From the NCBI GenBank assembly GCA_050302415.1, contig JBNLBB010000001.1, positions 1 through 60,590 on the forward strand: a DNA stretch of 60,590 nt, read 5' to 3'. This stretch comes from Gammaproteobacteria bacterium. GTDB taxonomy: Bacteria > Pseudomonadota > Gammaproteobacteria > JBNLBB01. Below, piece after piece: positions 19,311 to 28,705 of the stretch (position 1 is the first letter of the stretch; every line of letters starts with the position of its first letter). Made by a program: the position numbers and the translations under genes. The notes under the pieces are model-generated. The model ran no database searches, was not told where the DNA came from, and saw only the letters and a list, made by a program, of their open reading frames with translations.

Positions 19311-19614
19311 GACATTCCCTGTCACGACTGCCATCATGCCGTCTATCCCCGCTGCTGTCAAAATGGCTAACTGCATGGCAGTAAAGCGATTTGCCGCGGT
19401 CGGAACCCCTCCTTTCCACGGGTCGTCAGCCTGGTTTCACGGACCGCTGGAGGCTTGCTGCGCTGCTCCGTGCCAGCCCGGTCGGTAATAGACAGGACAT
19501 GCCGGTTGTGGATAATGGTCACCGTTTCAGCGTCCGGGCCAATCGACTTCCGGCTCCCAAGCCACTCTGTCACGGCCATCAATCCGAATCACAAGAATTT
19601 CGCGGAGGCTCCGC

Positions 19615-21024
19615 TTGATACGCAAGATCGCTCTACCAGGCCTGGCTACTCTCCTCTTTCCCGGAATCGCATCGGCGAGCGAAGGGGCAATCAACCTCAC
19701 CCAGAGCAGTATCGGCTATCTTTCGCTGCTGATATTTGCCATTGCCTATGCGCTGGTGATGGCGGAGGAGTTCACCCACCTGCGCAAGTCCAAGCCGGTG
19801 ATTCTGGCGGCGGGTATCATCTGGGCCATGATCGCCGCCTATTACGCGGCGCAGGGCGATGCGCACGCCGCCGAAATCGCGGTGCGCCACAACATTCTTG
19901 AATACGCCGAACTGATGCTGTTCCTGCTGGTGGCGATGACCTATATCAACAGCATCGACGAACGCAACGTCTTTGACGTGCTGCGGGTCTGGCTGATCAA
20001 CCGGGGATTCGGACTGCGCAAACTCTTCTGGATGACCGGTTTGCTGGCCTTTTTCATCTCCCCGGTCGCCGACAATCTCACCACAGCCCTCTTGATGTGC
20101 GCCGTAGTGCTAGCGGTGGGGGCCGGCAATCCCAAGTTCATTGCGCTCGGATGCATCAATATTGTGGTTGCCGCCAACGCGGGGGGCGCCTTCAGTCCCT
20201 TCGGCGACATCACCACGCTGATGGTCTGGCAGAAAGGGATCATCGGTTTCTGGACCTTCTTCCTGTTGTTTGTCCCCTCCGTGGTGAATTGGCTGGTACC
20301 GGCAGCCATCATGCACTTTGCGGTACCCGACATGATGCCGCACAACACCAACGAAGTGGTGCACCTGCGCCGGGGTGCGCGGCGGATCATCGCGCTCTTT
20401 CTCTGCACCATCGCCACCGCGGTGAGCTTTCACAATTTTCTACACCTGCCGCCGGTGCTCGGCATGATGACCGGCCTGGCCTATCTGCAGATATTCGGCT
20501 TCTACCTGAAGAAAACCCGCCACTTGGACGCACCGGGCGATACCGTCACCGAAGAGGAGCACAGCGACATCGGCGAGGTGGTCTCCTTCGATATTTTCAA
20601 CCAGGTCGCTCGCGCCGAGTGGGACACCCTGCTCTTCTTCTACGGCGTGGTGGTCTGCGTGGGCGGGCTTGGATTCATCGGCTATCTGGAGCTGGCATCA
20701 CAGTTCATGTACACCGATCTGGGACCGACCGCCGCCAACGTGCTGGTTGGCGTCCTGTCGGCCATCGTGGACAACATTCCTGTGATGTTTGCCGTGCTGA
20801 CCATGAATCCGGACATGTCCCAGGGACAGTGGCTGCTGGTGACCCTGACGGCGGGGGTTGGCGGCAGCATGTTGTCCATTGGCTCCGCCGCCGGCGTGGC
20901 GCTCATGGGCATGGCGCGCGGCTACTACACGTTCTTCAGCCATCTGCGCTGGCTGCCCGCCATTGCACTGGGTTATGCCCTGAGCGTGCTGGTCCACCTG
21001 TGGATCAATTCAGCGCTCTTCTGA
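19615..21024 (+). CDS. nhaD: NhaD-type Na+/H+ antiporter (ArsB/NhaD permease superfamily)
   Basis: 469-aa polytopic ORF (TTG start in the track), NhaD-like throughout (e.g. ...SPVADNLTTALLM..., ...SAIVDNIPVM...). Confidence 0.8.
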   Translation: MIRKIALPGLATLLFPGIASASEGAINLTQSSIGYLSLLIFAIAYALVMAEEFTHLRKSKPVILAAGIIWAMIAAYYAAQGDAHAAEIAVRHNILEYAELMLFLLVAMTYINSIDERNVFDVLRVWLINRGFGLRKLFWMTGLLAFFISPVADNLTTALLMCAVVLAVGAGNPKFIALGCINIVVAANAGGAFSPFGDITTLMVWQKGIIGFWTFFLLFVPSVVNWLVPAAIMHFAVPDMMPHNTNEVVHLRRGARRIIALFLCTIATAVSFHNFLHLPPVLGMMTGLAYLQIFGFYLKKTRHLDAPGDTVTEEEHSDIGEVVSFDIFNQVARAEWDTLLFFYGVVVCVGGLGFIGYLELASQFMYTDLGPTAANVLVGVLSAIVDNIPVMFAVLTMNPDMSQGQWLLVTLTAGVGGSMLSIGSAAGVALMGMARGYYTFFSHLRWLPAIALGYALSVLVHLWINSALF

Positions 21025-21040
21025 CGGATAAGGATGTCGT

Positions 21041-21772
21041 TCAGGCACCGTTGCGATCGCGCCAGATGCTGACTCCGCCCACCGCAGCATCGAGTTGTTC
21101 CAGGCGGGCGCGGTGTTCCGCCAGGTCCGCCTCACTGGGTTCGATAATCGGCAACGGTTGACCGCTCCGGCGCAGTTTGCGGTGGGTATGGGGCGCCAGT
21201 TCACCGCCGGCACCAGGCAGGCTGGTGGAGTGGGACTCCAGCGACAGCGTCACCTGACCACCGGTCATGGCCAAATAAACGTCAGCAAGAATTTCAGCGT
21301 CCAACAGCGCGCCGTGCAGGTCGCGCCGTGAGTTGTCCACGTCGTAACGCCGACACAACGCATCCAGGGTGTTCTTCTGCCCCGGGTGGAGCTTGCGCGC
21401 CATGGACAGAGTGTCAATTACAGTACAGAGATCCGCAATCCGCTCGCCGTTCCGGTTGAGCGCCGCCAGTTCATGGTCGAGAAACCCCACGTCGAACGAT
21501 GCGTTGTGGATGATCAGTTCAGCGCCGCGGACATATTCCAGAAATCCCTCCACCACTTCACCAAACCGGGGCTTGTCGGCCAAAAACTCATTGGTGATGC
21601 CGTGCACCTCGATGGCACCGGCGTCGATCTCCCTGTCCGGCTGCAGGTATTGGTGAAAGTTGTTTCCGGTCAACTGCCGGTTGAGCAGTTCGACACAACC
21701 GATTTCGATAATGCGGTGCCCCTGCTGCGGATCGAGACCCGTGGTTTCCGTATCCAGAACAATTTGGCGCAT
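21041..21772 (-). CDS. dnaQ: DNA polymerase III epsilon subunit (3'-5' exonuclease)
   Basis: 243-aa ORF with Exo motifs (VLDTETTG; HNASFDVGFL; HGALLDAEILADVY). Confidence 0.9.
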   Translation of the reverse strand: MRQIVLDTETTGLDPQQGHRIIEIGCVELLNRQLTGNNFHQYLQPDREIDAGAIEVHGITNEFLADKPRFGEVVEGFLEYVRGAELIIHNASFDVGFLDHELAALNRNGERIADLCTVIDTLSMARKLHPGQKNTLDALCRRYDVDNSRRDLHGALLDAEILADVYLAMTGGQVTLSLESHSTSLPGAGGELAPHTHRKLRRSGQPLPIIEPSEADLAEHRARLEQLDAAVGGVSIWRDRNGA

Positions 21773-21793
21773 CGGCGACAGTCCTCCGTTTGA

Positions 21794-22240
21794 TCAACGC
21801 TTCTTCAGCATGGCGTCTATCGCCTCATTGGCCAATTGGTCGGCCCGTTCATTTTCCGCGTGCCCGGCATGGCCCTTGACCCAACGCCAATCCACCTGAT
21901 GCCGGGACGCGGCCTGATCCAGGCGCTGCCACAAGTCGACATTCTTGACCGGTTGTCGCCCGGCGGTCTTCCACCCTCTGGCTTTCCAGTTGTTGATCCA
22001 TTCGGTGATCCCCTTGCGCAGGTACTGCGAGTCGGTGGTCAGAACCACCTGTGCCGGCCGGGTCAACGCCTCCAGTGCCTGGATCGCGGCCATCAGCTCC
22101 ATGCGGTTGTTGGTGGTCTGCGGTTCTGCGCCGGACAGCTCCTTCTCGCGGTCCCCATAGCGCATCAGCGCCCCCCATCCGCCGGGGCCGGGATTTCCGC
22201 GACAGGCGCCGTCCGTAAAGATGTCCACTTGCTTAACCAT
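21794..22240 (-). CDS. rnhA: Ribonuclease HI
   Basis: 148-aa ORF matching RNase HI ([33 protein letters not shown]). It lies adjacent to dnaQ. Confidence 0.9.
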   Translation of the reverse strand: MVKQVDIFTDGACRGNPGPGGWGALMRYGDREKELSGAEPQTTNNRMELMAAIQALEALTRPAQVVLTTDSQYLRKGITEWINNWKARGWKTAGRQPVKNVDLWQRLDQAASRHQVDWRWVKGHAGHAENERADQLANEAIDAMLKKR

Positions 22241-22988
22241 GCTTCATTCCACGGGTCGTCGGTTCGGCAACACTGCCCGGAAACAGACGGCGCTTGCGGC
22301 GCCACCGTTGCCCGATCGGGGTGATGGGAATCACCCGCTTTTTCGCCACCAGCACGTACACACCACCCTGCCTGGGCAGAAAGGTGGTGCAGAAGCGGGC
22401 CCATCCGGACAACCGCTGCAACCAGGTGCGCGATCCCAGGGGTGGTTTGAAAAAGCAGTAATGCTCACTTACCACTTCAAAGCAGAGCAGCGACAGCCAG
22501 TCACGCAGCTGTCCGACACGGCGAAATTTTCCACACCACGGTGGGCGACCGCTGCGCTTCAGCAGCTGTTTCCAGAGTCCGAACAGGCTGATGGGGTTGT
22601 AGCCCACAATGATGACGCATCCGTCGCCGATCAGCACCCGATCCACTTCGCGCAGCACCTGGTGAGGGTCAGCGGCGAACTCCAGGGTATGGGCCAGAAC
22701 CACGGTATCAATCGAGTCGGCAACGACTGGCAGTTCGTCGCCCTGGGCGCGCACCTGGGCAACCCCTTCCAAGCGCTGGTCGATATCGATGCGCACTTTG
22801 CATTTGATCCGGCTTTCCGCCAGCAGATCCACCTGGGTGCTGAGCTGGTTGATCATCAGCAGAAAATAGCCGAATCGGGAAACCAGCAATTCGTCGAGCA
22901 CGCGCTTCTCTTCCGCCAGCACCTCACCGCCCAGATCGGTCTGGTACCAGTCGCGCAGCTTGGCAATCCAAATGGCTTCGTTACTCAT
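22233..22988 (-). CDS. Class I SAM-dependent methyltransferase (YafS-like)
   Basis: The ORF overlaps the rnhA start by 8 nt and occupies the conserved position of yafS-like methyltransferases next to rnhA-dnaQ. I prefer the ATG at 22988 over the GTG at 23009. Confidence 0.7.
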   Translation of the reverse strand: MSNEAIWIAKLRDWYQTDLGGEVLAEEKRVLDELLVSRFGYFLLMINQLSTQVDLLAESRIKCKVRIDIDQRLEGVAQVRAQGDELPVVADSIDTVVLAHTLEFAADPHQVLREVDRVLIGDGCVIIVGYNPISLFGLWKQLLKRSGRPPWCGKFRRVGQLRDWLSLLCFEVVSEHYCFFKPPLGSRTWLQRLSGWARFCTTFLPRQGGVYVLVAKKRVIPITPIGQRWRRKRRLFPGSVAEPTTRGMKHG

Positions 22989-23132
22989 CAGCACTCTGTT
23001 GCGGCGCACCCGCCGGGGCGCCGGTTAAAGCCCCGCATTATAGGGCAGGCCCAGCTATCCCGCCCGGTTTCTGCGATGTAGGCGGTTGACCCGGTCGTTC
23101 CGCCTCTCTACTATTCCAGCAAAATGGAGAAC

Positions 23133-24894
23133 AGTGCTTTTGAGCCTCTATAAAATCCCAGTATTTCTGGTGGTTACAACAATTTCTGCATGTGCAATTC
23201 AAACTGCGCAGGTGGAATCTGTGAGCCCGCTGAAACCCGCAGCCGAAGTCGAAACCGTGATGCCCAGCATCCCGTCGGCCATCGATATCCAGGGCGCGGA
23301 GGGTCTGCAGCTGCTCTTCCCCCCGGTCGGCGTCTCCAGTGAACAGAGCGCCTGGTTCACTACCCCGGACCAGCAGGAGCGCTTGCTGGTCAATGCCCCG
23401 GATCCATTGAGCTCGGCCCTGGTGGATCTGGAGTTCAGCCGCCTGGTGACCGAAGTGGACACCACCCATACCGAGCAGCCAGGCGACCTCTGGGCGCGCA
23501 TGCGCGCCGGTTTTGCGTTGCCCGATGTCCGCAACCCGCGTATCGACAATGAGTTGCGCTGGTACGTGGGTCATCCGGCCTATCTTGACCGGGTGGTGGA
23601 GCGGGCGCGCCCCTATCTCCACTTTGTGGTGGAGCAGGCCGAGGAGATCGGCGTACCACTGGAAATGGCGCTGCTCCCCATCGTCGAGAGTGCCTACCAG
23701 CCGTTCGCCTACTCCCATGGCCGAGCCGCGGGCATCTGGCAGTTCATCCCCTCGACCGGGCGCATCTACGGGCTCAAGCAGAACTGGTGGTACGATGGCC
23801 GGCGCGACATCGTGGCCTCAACCCGTGCCGCGTTGACCTACCTGCGCAAACTTTACGATTTTGTGGGCGAGGACTGGCTCCTGGCACTTGCGGCCTACAA
23901 CTCCGGCGCCGGTACCGTGCTGCGTGCCAAGCGGCAGAACAGCCAGCGCGGCAAACTCACCGATTTCTGGTCGCTGAAGTTGCCGGTTGAAACCCGCAGC
24001 TATGTGCCCCGTCTGCTGGCGCTCAAACTGATCTTCGACAATCCCACCGACTATGGCCTGGATATCGCCTCCATTCCCGATGAACCCTACTTTGACGTGG
24101 TGGACGTGGGATCCCAGATTGATCTGGCGCTGGCAGCGGAACTGGCCAATATCGAACTGGAGGAGCTTTACCAGCTCAATCCGGGACACAACCGCTGGGC
24201 CACCGATCCCGATGGCCATCACCAGTTGGTCATTCCGTTGGAGGTCGTGGACACCTTTCGCGAATCGCTCGAAGCGCTGCCGCCCAGACAGCGAGTCAAC
24301 TGGCGCCGCCACCGGATTGGGAGCGGCGAATCGCTGCTGACCATAGCGAAAAAATACCAGACCACCGTTGAGGTGATCCGCGATGTCAACCAGCTTCGCG
24401 GCTCCATGATCCGTGCCGGCGACCACCTGATGATTCCGGTAGCGACCCGCTCGCTGAGTACCTACACCCTCAGCCAGTCGCAGCGGACAGACACCATCAA
24501 GAACACCCAACGCTCCGGTCAACGGATCGAACATGTCGTGAGAAGCGGCGAGTCCTTTTGGGAAATTTCCAAGAAATACGGAGTGGGTGTCCGGGCCCTG
24601 GCCAAATGGAATGCCATGGCCCCCACTGATACCCTCAAAGCCGGACAGACCTTGGTGGTCTGGAGCAAACGCAGCGTGCCAGCCGCCACCACTGGCAACC
24701 TGCCGGTTGCCACCAACCAGAAAATCCGCTACGTCGTACGCAAGGGCGATTCCATTGCCCGAATTTCCCAGAAATTCCGGGTACGCGTCTCAGATGTGCT
24801 GCGCTGGAACAGCCTGACCGAACGTTCCTACATCCATCCAGGGCAGAAGCTCACGCTCTATGTCGATATCCGGAAACAATCCGGAACCATCTGA
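23133..24894 (+). CDS. mltD: Membrane-bound lytic murein transglycosylase D (SLT domain plus three LysM repeats), lipoprotein
   Basis: GTG at 23133 follows GGAGA and gives a lipobox (LVVTTISAC). SLT catalytic region LLPIVESAYQPFAYSHGRAAGIWQF. Three C-terminal LysM repeats (HRIGSGESLLTIAKKY; HVVRSGESFWEISKKY; YVVRKGDSIARISQKF). Confidence 0.85.
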
Positions 24895-24983
24895 TTTTTA
24901 TAAAATTATCTATTGCTAGCCGACAGGCTGGCCACCGTCCTGGGTACCTGCGGGCCCGGGAAGACAAAAAAACAAAAAAATAC

Positions 24984-25012
24984 TTGACTCATTCCCTATG
25001 CTTTAATATCCT
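24984..25012 (+). promoter_or_regulatory. Candidate sigma-70 promoter with an A-tract UP-like element
   Basis: TTGACT (24984-24989), a 17-nt spacer, then TATCCT (25007-25012). It is preceded by aaaaaaacaaaaaaata. No annotated plus-strand gene lies downstream. Confidence 0.35.
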
Positions 25013-25018
25013 ACTTCC

Positions 25019-25098
25019 GTACTCAGTTATTGTACTCCTCTGATCTGCCTGTTGGCCCTGCCGTCCCTCCCCCCTCAAATCGGCAGGGCCATTTTTTT
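25019..25098 (+). ncRNA. Candidate small RNA of about 80 nt (promoter-to-terminator unit)
   Basis: It is bounded by the candidate promoter above and the hairpin plus U-run at 25054-25098. It contains CUCCUC and a 17-nt C/U-rich terminator loop (UCCCUCCCCCCUCAAAU). No ORF is present. Confidence 0.3.
25054..25098 (+). terminator. Rho-independent terminator (10-bp stem, large C-rich loop, U7)
   Basis: GGCCCTGCCG-N17-CGGCAGGGCC followed by ATTTTTTT. It abuts the stop codon of the convergent pentapeptide gene. Confidence 0.6.
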
Positions 25099-25819
25099 AT
25101 CTGCACTCACCAACTGATCCCGGTCGGCAACGGCGGCGATCCACCCATATGGCATTGCCCAGTTTGGCGCCTTCGAACTTCGCATTGAAGATATCGGCAC
25201 CATAGAGTTCGGCGCGCGTCAGGTCCGCACCCTGGAAATCGCTCCCCAGCAATGATGCCCGGTGAATCCGGGTGCCTGACAGATCGGCCCCATTGAAGTC
25301 AGCCTGCTCCGCCTCCGCTTCTATCAGGTTGGCCCCGGGCAGGATGGCGCCCTGAAATTGGGTACGGTAAAGCAAGGCCCGCTCCAGATTGGCCTCGGTC
25401 AAGTCCGATCGGGTCACCTGTGCCGCAGAAAGATTGGCGTTGTAGAAATTGGCTTTGCGAAATCTGGTCTCGGTGGCAACCACGGAACTCAGGTCGGCGC
25501 GGGAAAAACGGGCCGCAGCGAAGTTTGACCGGCTCAGCTGGGCAGATTTCAGATTGGTTCCAACAAACACCGCATCGGGCGCATTGGCCGAACTCAGATC
25601 GGCACCCTCCAGATCGGCTCGACTGAAGTCGGCGCCATTCAGGCGCGCATCCCGAAAATTGGCACCGCTGAGATTGGTACCGTGCAGGATGGCGTTGCGC
25701 AGATCGGCGCCGCTGAGATCCCTCCCCGCCATGGCGCACTCAGTCCAGTTGACACCGGGAGCCGGCGCATCATCGCACGCGGCGTGCAACTGCCAGGGCA
25801 TCAGCAACAGTGCCCACAT
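25097..25819 (-). CDS. Secreted pentapeptide-repeat protein
   Basis: About 200 aa of consecutive A(D/N)LxX pentapeptide repeats (ADLRNAILHGTNLSGANFRDARLNGADFSRADLEGADL...) follow a signal-like N-terminus (MWALLLMPWQLHAA). An alternative TTG start at 25858 would abut the upstream stop. Confidence 0.8.
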   Translation of the reverse strand: MWALLLMPWQLHAACDDAPAPGVNWTECAMAGRDLSGADLRNAILHGTNLSGANFRDARLNGADFSRADLEGADLSSANAPDAVFVGTNLKSAQLSRSNFAAARFSRADLSSVVATETRFRKANFYNANLSAAQVTRSDLTEANLERALLYRTQFQGAILPGANLIEAEAEQADFNGADLSGTRIHRASLLGSDFQGADLTRAELYGADIFNAKFEGAKLGNAIWVDRRRCRPGSVGECR

Positions 25820-25859
25820 CACCGCCCTGGAGTGACACCGTAATCTCTTGGCATACAAA

Positions 25860-26876
25860 TCAGACACCCTCCTGCTCGGGGTTGATATCGACCACCAGCC
25901 GGCCGCGCACGCCACCGGCAACGATACGTTCAGCCTGTTGGGGCAGATCGGCGAACGCCACATGGTCAGACATTTTTTGCAGGAATCCACTCCCCAGATC
26001 CCGGGCCATATCGGCCCACAGGCGGATGCGTTTCTCTTTGGGCGGATAGACGGACTCAACCCCCACCAGCCTAACCGCACGCAGGATGAATGGAAAAACG
26101 GAAGCCGTAAAATCGACACTGGCGGCCATACCGCACATGGTCACCACACCACCATAGGCGGTATGCGAAATTGCCGAGGCCAGAGGTTTACCACCTACGG
26201 TATCCACAACACCAGCCCAGCGCTGTCTGTCGAGCGGGCGCACTCTGGCTTCCGACAGTTCGCTCCGGTCAATGACCTCTGCCGCACCAATCCCTTTCAG
26301 ATAGTCGTGTGTCGCCTGCCTTCCCGTGGCGGCGATCACATGGAATCCGCGCTTTGCCAGCAGGGCAACGGCAATGCTGCCTACCCCGCCTGCTGCCCCG
26401 GTGACCAACACACTTCCCCTGTCCGGCACCAGTCCCTGCTCCTGCAAGGCATCGACACATAGGGCCGCGGTGAAACCTGCAGTACCAATCGCCATGCTGT
26501 CAGCCAGCGACAGGCCGTTGGGCAGGGGAATCAGCCACTCTGACTTGAGTCGGGCGTACTCCGAGAATCCGCCCCAGTGGTCTTCACCAAGCCCCCATCC
26601 GGTAGCCACCACACGATCCCCAGGACGATAGTCCGGGCTTTCACTCTCCACCACCGTGCCGCAGACATCGATCCCCGGCACCAGAGGAAAGTGGTGGATG
26701 ATTTTCCCCTTGCGGGTCAGGGCCAATCCGTCCTTGTAATTGAGCGTCGAATAGTTCACCCGTATCAGCACATCCCCCTGCGGCAGATCGCCAACGCCAA
26801 TGGTTTCCAACTGAATCTGATAATTCTCATCCTGGGTGCGCGCAATCCACGCTCTGAACGAATTGGGTGAGGACAT
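25860..26876 (-). CDS. YhdH/AcuI-family NADPH-dependent quinone / acrylyl-CoA reductase (MDR superfamily)
   Basis: 338-aa ORF. VNYSTLNYKDGLA...PLVPGID..G.V and VTGAAGGVGSIAV match the YhdH/AcuI subgroup. Confidence 0.8.
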   Translation of the reverse strand: MSSPNSFRAWIARTQDENYQIQLETIGVGDLPQGDVLIRVNYSTLNYKDGLALTRKGKIIHHFPLVPGIDVCGTVVESESPDYRPGDRVVATGWGLGEDHWGGFSEYARLKSEWLIPLPNGLSLADSMAIGTAGFTAALCVDALQEQGLVPDRGSVLVTGAAGGVGSIAVALLAKRGFHVIAATGRQATHDYLKGIGAAEVIDRSELSEARVRPLDRQRWAGVVDTVGGKPLASAISHTAYGGVVTMCGMAASVDFTASVFPFILRAVRLVGVESVYPPKEKRIRLWADMARDLGSGFLQKMSDHVAFADLPQQAERIVAGGVRGRLVVDINPEQEGV

Positions 26877-27013
26877 CTGAACATTCTCCGTCTATAGTTA
26901 GCGCTGTTTTTTTCAGCTCGCGCGAGGGGTACAGCTGAGTTCAGGATGTATTCAGCTTCGCGCCAGTATAGTGACCGCATTCTAGCCTAGAGCTATCAAC
27001 AAAGGAGAAGTCG

Positions 27014-27319
27014 ATGAAACTCAGAAATTTGGCCATTGCCTTGTGTGCCACCACCCTGTTCACCTCGGCAGCGTATGCCGCTGGTGACGCAGCGGCCGGT
27101 AAGACACGCGCCGCCACCTGTGCGGCGTGCCACGGCCCGAACGGCAAGGCACCCAACCCGGTGTGGCCCAATCTGGCGGGGCAGAATGCGCCCTATATCG
27201 TGAAGCAGCTGAAGGCATTCAAGGACGGTTCCCGCAAGGATCCGCTGATGAGCCCGCAGGCCGCGGCGCTGAGCGACAAGGATATGGAAGATCTGGCCGC
27301 CTATTTTTCCGGGCTCTGA
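27014..27319 (+). CDS. Monohaem class I cytochrome c (c-552/c-555-like)
   Basis: 101-aa ORF preceded by AAGGAGAAG, with a signal peptide, one CAACH motif and a distal Met (PLMSP). Confidence 0.85.
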   Translation: MKLRNLAIALCATTLFTSAAYAAGDAAAGKTRAATCAACHGPNGKAPNPVWPNLAGQNAPYIVKQLKAFKDGSRKDPLMSPQAAALSDKDMEDLAAYFSGL

Positions 27320-27342
27320 TCAGACACCTTAGGTCTGCGAAT

Positions 27343-27366
27343 GGGGGCCGCATGGCCCCCATTTTC
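27343..27366. terminator. Hairpin terminator shared by the convergent cytochrome c and histidine kinase genes
   Basis: GGGGGCC-GCAT-GGCCCCC followed by ATTTT on the plus strand. It lies directly after the kinase stop on the minus strand. Confidence 0.7.
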
Positions 27367-28705
27367 ATAGTTCGACCACCACTCTGGCACCACCGAGTCC
27401 ACTCTGCTCGAAGCGCAGTACCCCGTTGTAGACCGACACAATCTCGGAGGCCACCGCGAGGCCGATCCCATGGCCGCCGACCGCCTCGTCCCCGCGATAT
27501 CCCCGGCGCAGGATTCGCTGCTCCTCGGCCGGGTCGATGCCAGGACCATCATCCTCAACCACCAGCCGGATTCGAGGTGATCCTTCGAGCGCGAGCGCAG
27601 TTACCTGGACGCGTCCCGCAGCCCATTTGAAGGCGTTGTCCAACAGCATGCCGAGCAATTCCAGCAAATCGCCCTCCTCCCCCGGAAACCGGAGGGTGCT
27701 CTCCGCCTCGACAACACAATCGATCCCCTTATCCTGGTAGACCTTGCGCAGGGTGTTGATCACACGATTGATGGGATCGGCCACCACCACCGGTGGCCCC
27801 AGCGCCACCCGCCCGCGGGTGGCTGCCCGCTGAAGGTGATAGTCAATCGATTGGGTCATCCGCTCCAGCTGATCCTGTGAATCCCTGATCGCGGTGCGTT
27901 CGGCACCCTGCGTTGCCAGCGTATTGCGCAGCATCGCCAGTGGCGTTTTCAGGCTGTGCGCCAAATCCCCCAGCGCATCGCGATAGCGGTCGGAGCGGGA
28001 GCGTTCCTGCGCAATGAGCGCATTGAGATTGCCGGTCAGCGGCTGCAGTTCGCGCGGATACTCGCCTTCCAGACGCTGCGCTGAACCGTTTTCAATTCTG
28101 GCCAGATCCTCAGTGACCCGATCCAGCGGTCGCAGCACCCATTTCAGAATGGCCGCGAGGGTCAGGATCAGCAGGGCCGCCACGGCCAGCAGACCCAACC
28201 AGAGATTTTGCCGGAACACGGCGACTTCGCGCTCCACCACGGCGAGGCTTTCGGCCACACTGAAGGTATGGCGCAGCAGATTGCGCTCGCCATCCTGCCA
28301 CAGCACCGAGAAACTGAGCGAAAGCACGGGGGTTCCGTCGAAGGCCCGGGTCTTCTCCACCAGCAGTTCACCCGGTCCCGGCGTCTTGTGAAATCCGACC
28401 TTGACCTGTTTTTGAGCGTCCGACTGCCAGATGATCTCGTCGGCATCGCCGCTCACCTGGGCATAGAGGCCGGACCAGGGAACGGAAAATCTGGCCTCGG
28501 GCAGTGATCCGGGCAGCGTCACCCGCCCATCCCTGCCAAAATCGGCAGCCGCCAACAGGGCATAGATCTGCCCCTGCAGCCGATCCTGCAGAGCGGCTTC
28601 CGCCGTACGCCGGAACACATTCTCCAGGGTGATGCCGGTGAGCCCGAGAAACGCCGCCAGCACCAGCGTGGCGGCCTTGATCAGCCGGATTCTGAGTGAG
28701 GTCAC
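27365..28705 (-). CDS. Sensor histidine kinase (PhoQ/QseC-like: two TMs, HAMP, HisKA, HATPase)
   Basis: 446-aa ORF with H-box LGDLAHSLKTPLA, N-box LLDNAFKW and G-boxes DDGPGI / GHGIGLAV. It overlaps the response regulator gene by 4 nt. Confidence 0.85.
   Translation of the reverse strand: MTSLRIRLIKAATLVLAAFLGLTGITLENVFRRTAEAALQDRLQGQIYALLAAADFGRDGRVTLPGSLPEARFSVPWSGLYAQVSGDADEIIWQSDAQKQVKVGFHKTPGPGELLVEKTRAFDGTPVLSLSFSVLWQDGERNLLRHTFSVAESLAVVEREVAVFRQNLWLGLLAVAALLILTLAAILKWVLRPLDRVTEDLARIENGSAQRLEGEYPRELQPLTGNLNALIAQERSRSDRYRDALGDLAHSLKTPLAMLRNTLATQGAERTAIRDSQDQLERMTQSIDYHLQRAATRGRVALGPPVVVADPINRVINTLRKVYQDKGIDCVVEAESTLRFPGEEGDLLELLGMLLDNAFKWAAGRVQVTALALEGSPRIRLVVEDDGPGIDPAEEQRILRRGYRGDEAVGGHGIGLAVASEIVSVYNGVLRFEQSGLGGARVVVEL

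Noticed and set aside
19460-19475. TGGCACGGAGCAGCG on the minus strand upstream of the sigma-54 activator gene (possible autoregulatory sigma-54 promoter)
   Set aside because: There is no TTGC element, and the only GC dinucleotide falls one base too close to the GG. Sigma-54 promoters do not tolerate that spacing change.
23038-23718. 226-aa minus-strand ORF at the position where gloB sits in some relatives, between the methyltransferase and mltD
   Set aside because: It shows no metallo-beta-lactamase HxHxDH motif and overlaps the well-supported mltD coding region. The real intergenic gap is only about 140 nt, so gloB is simply absent from this locus.
25097-26119. Full 340-aa version of the pentapeptide ORF
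   Set aside because: The first roughly 90-100 codons overlap the 3' end of the YhdH-like gene in another frame and look non-protein-like. I truncated the ORF to ATG 25819, with TTG 25858 as an alternative.
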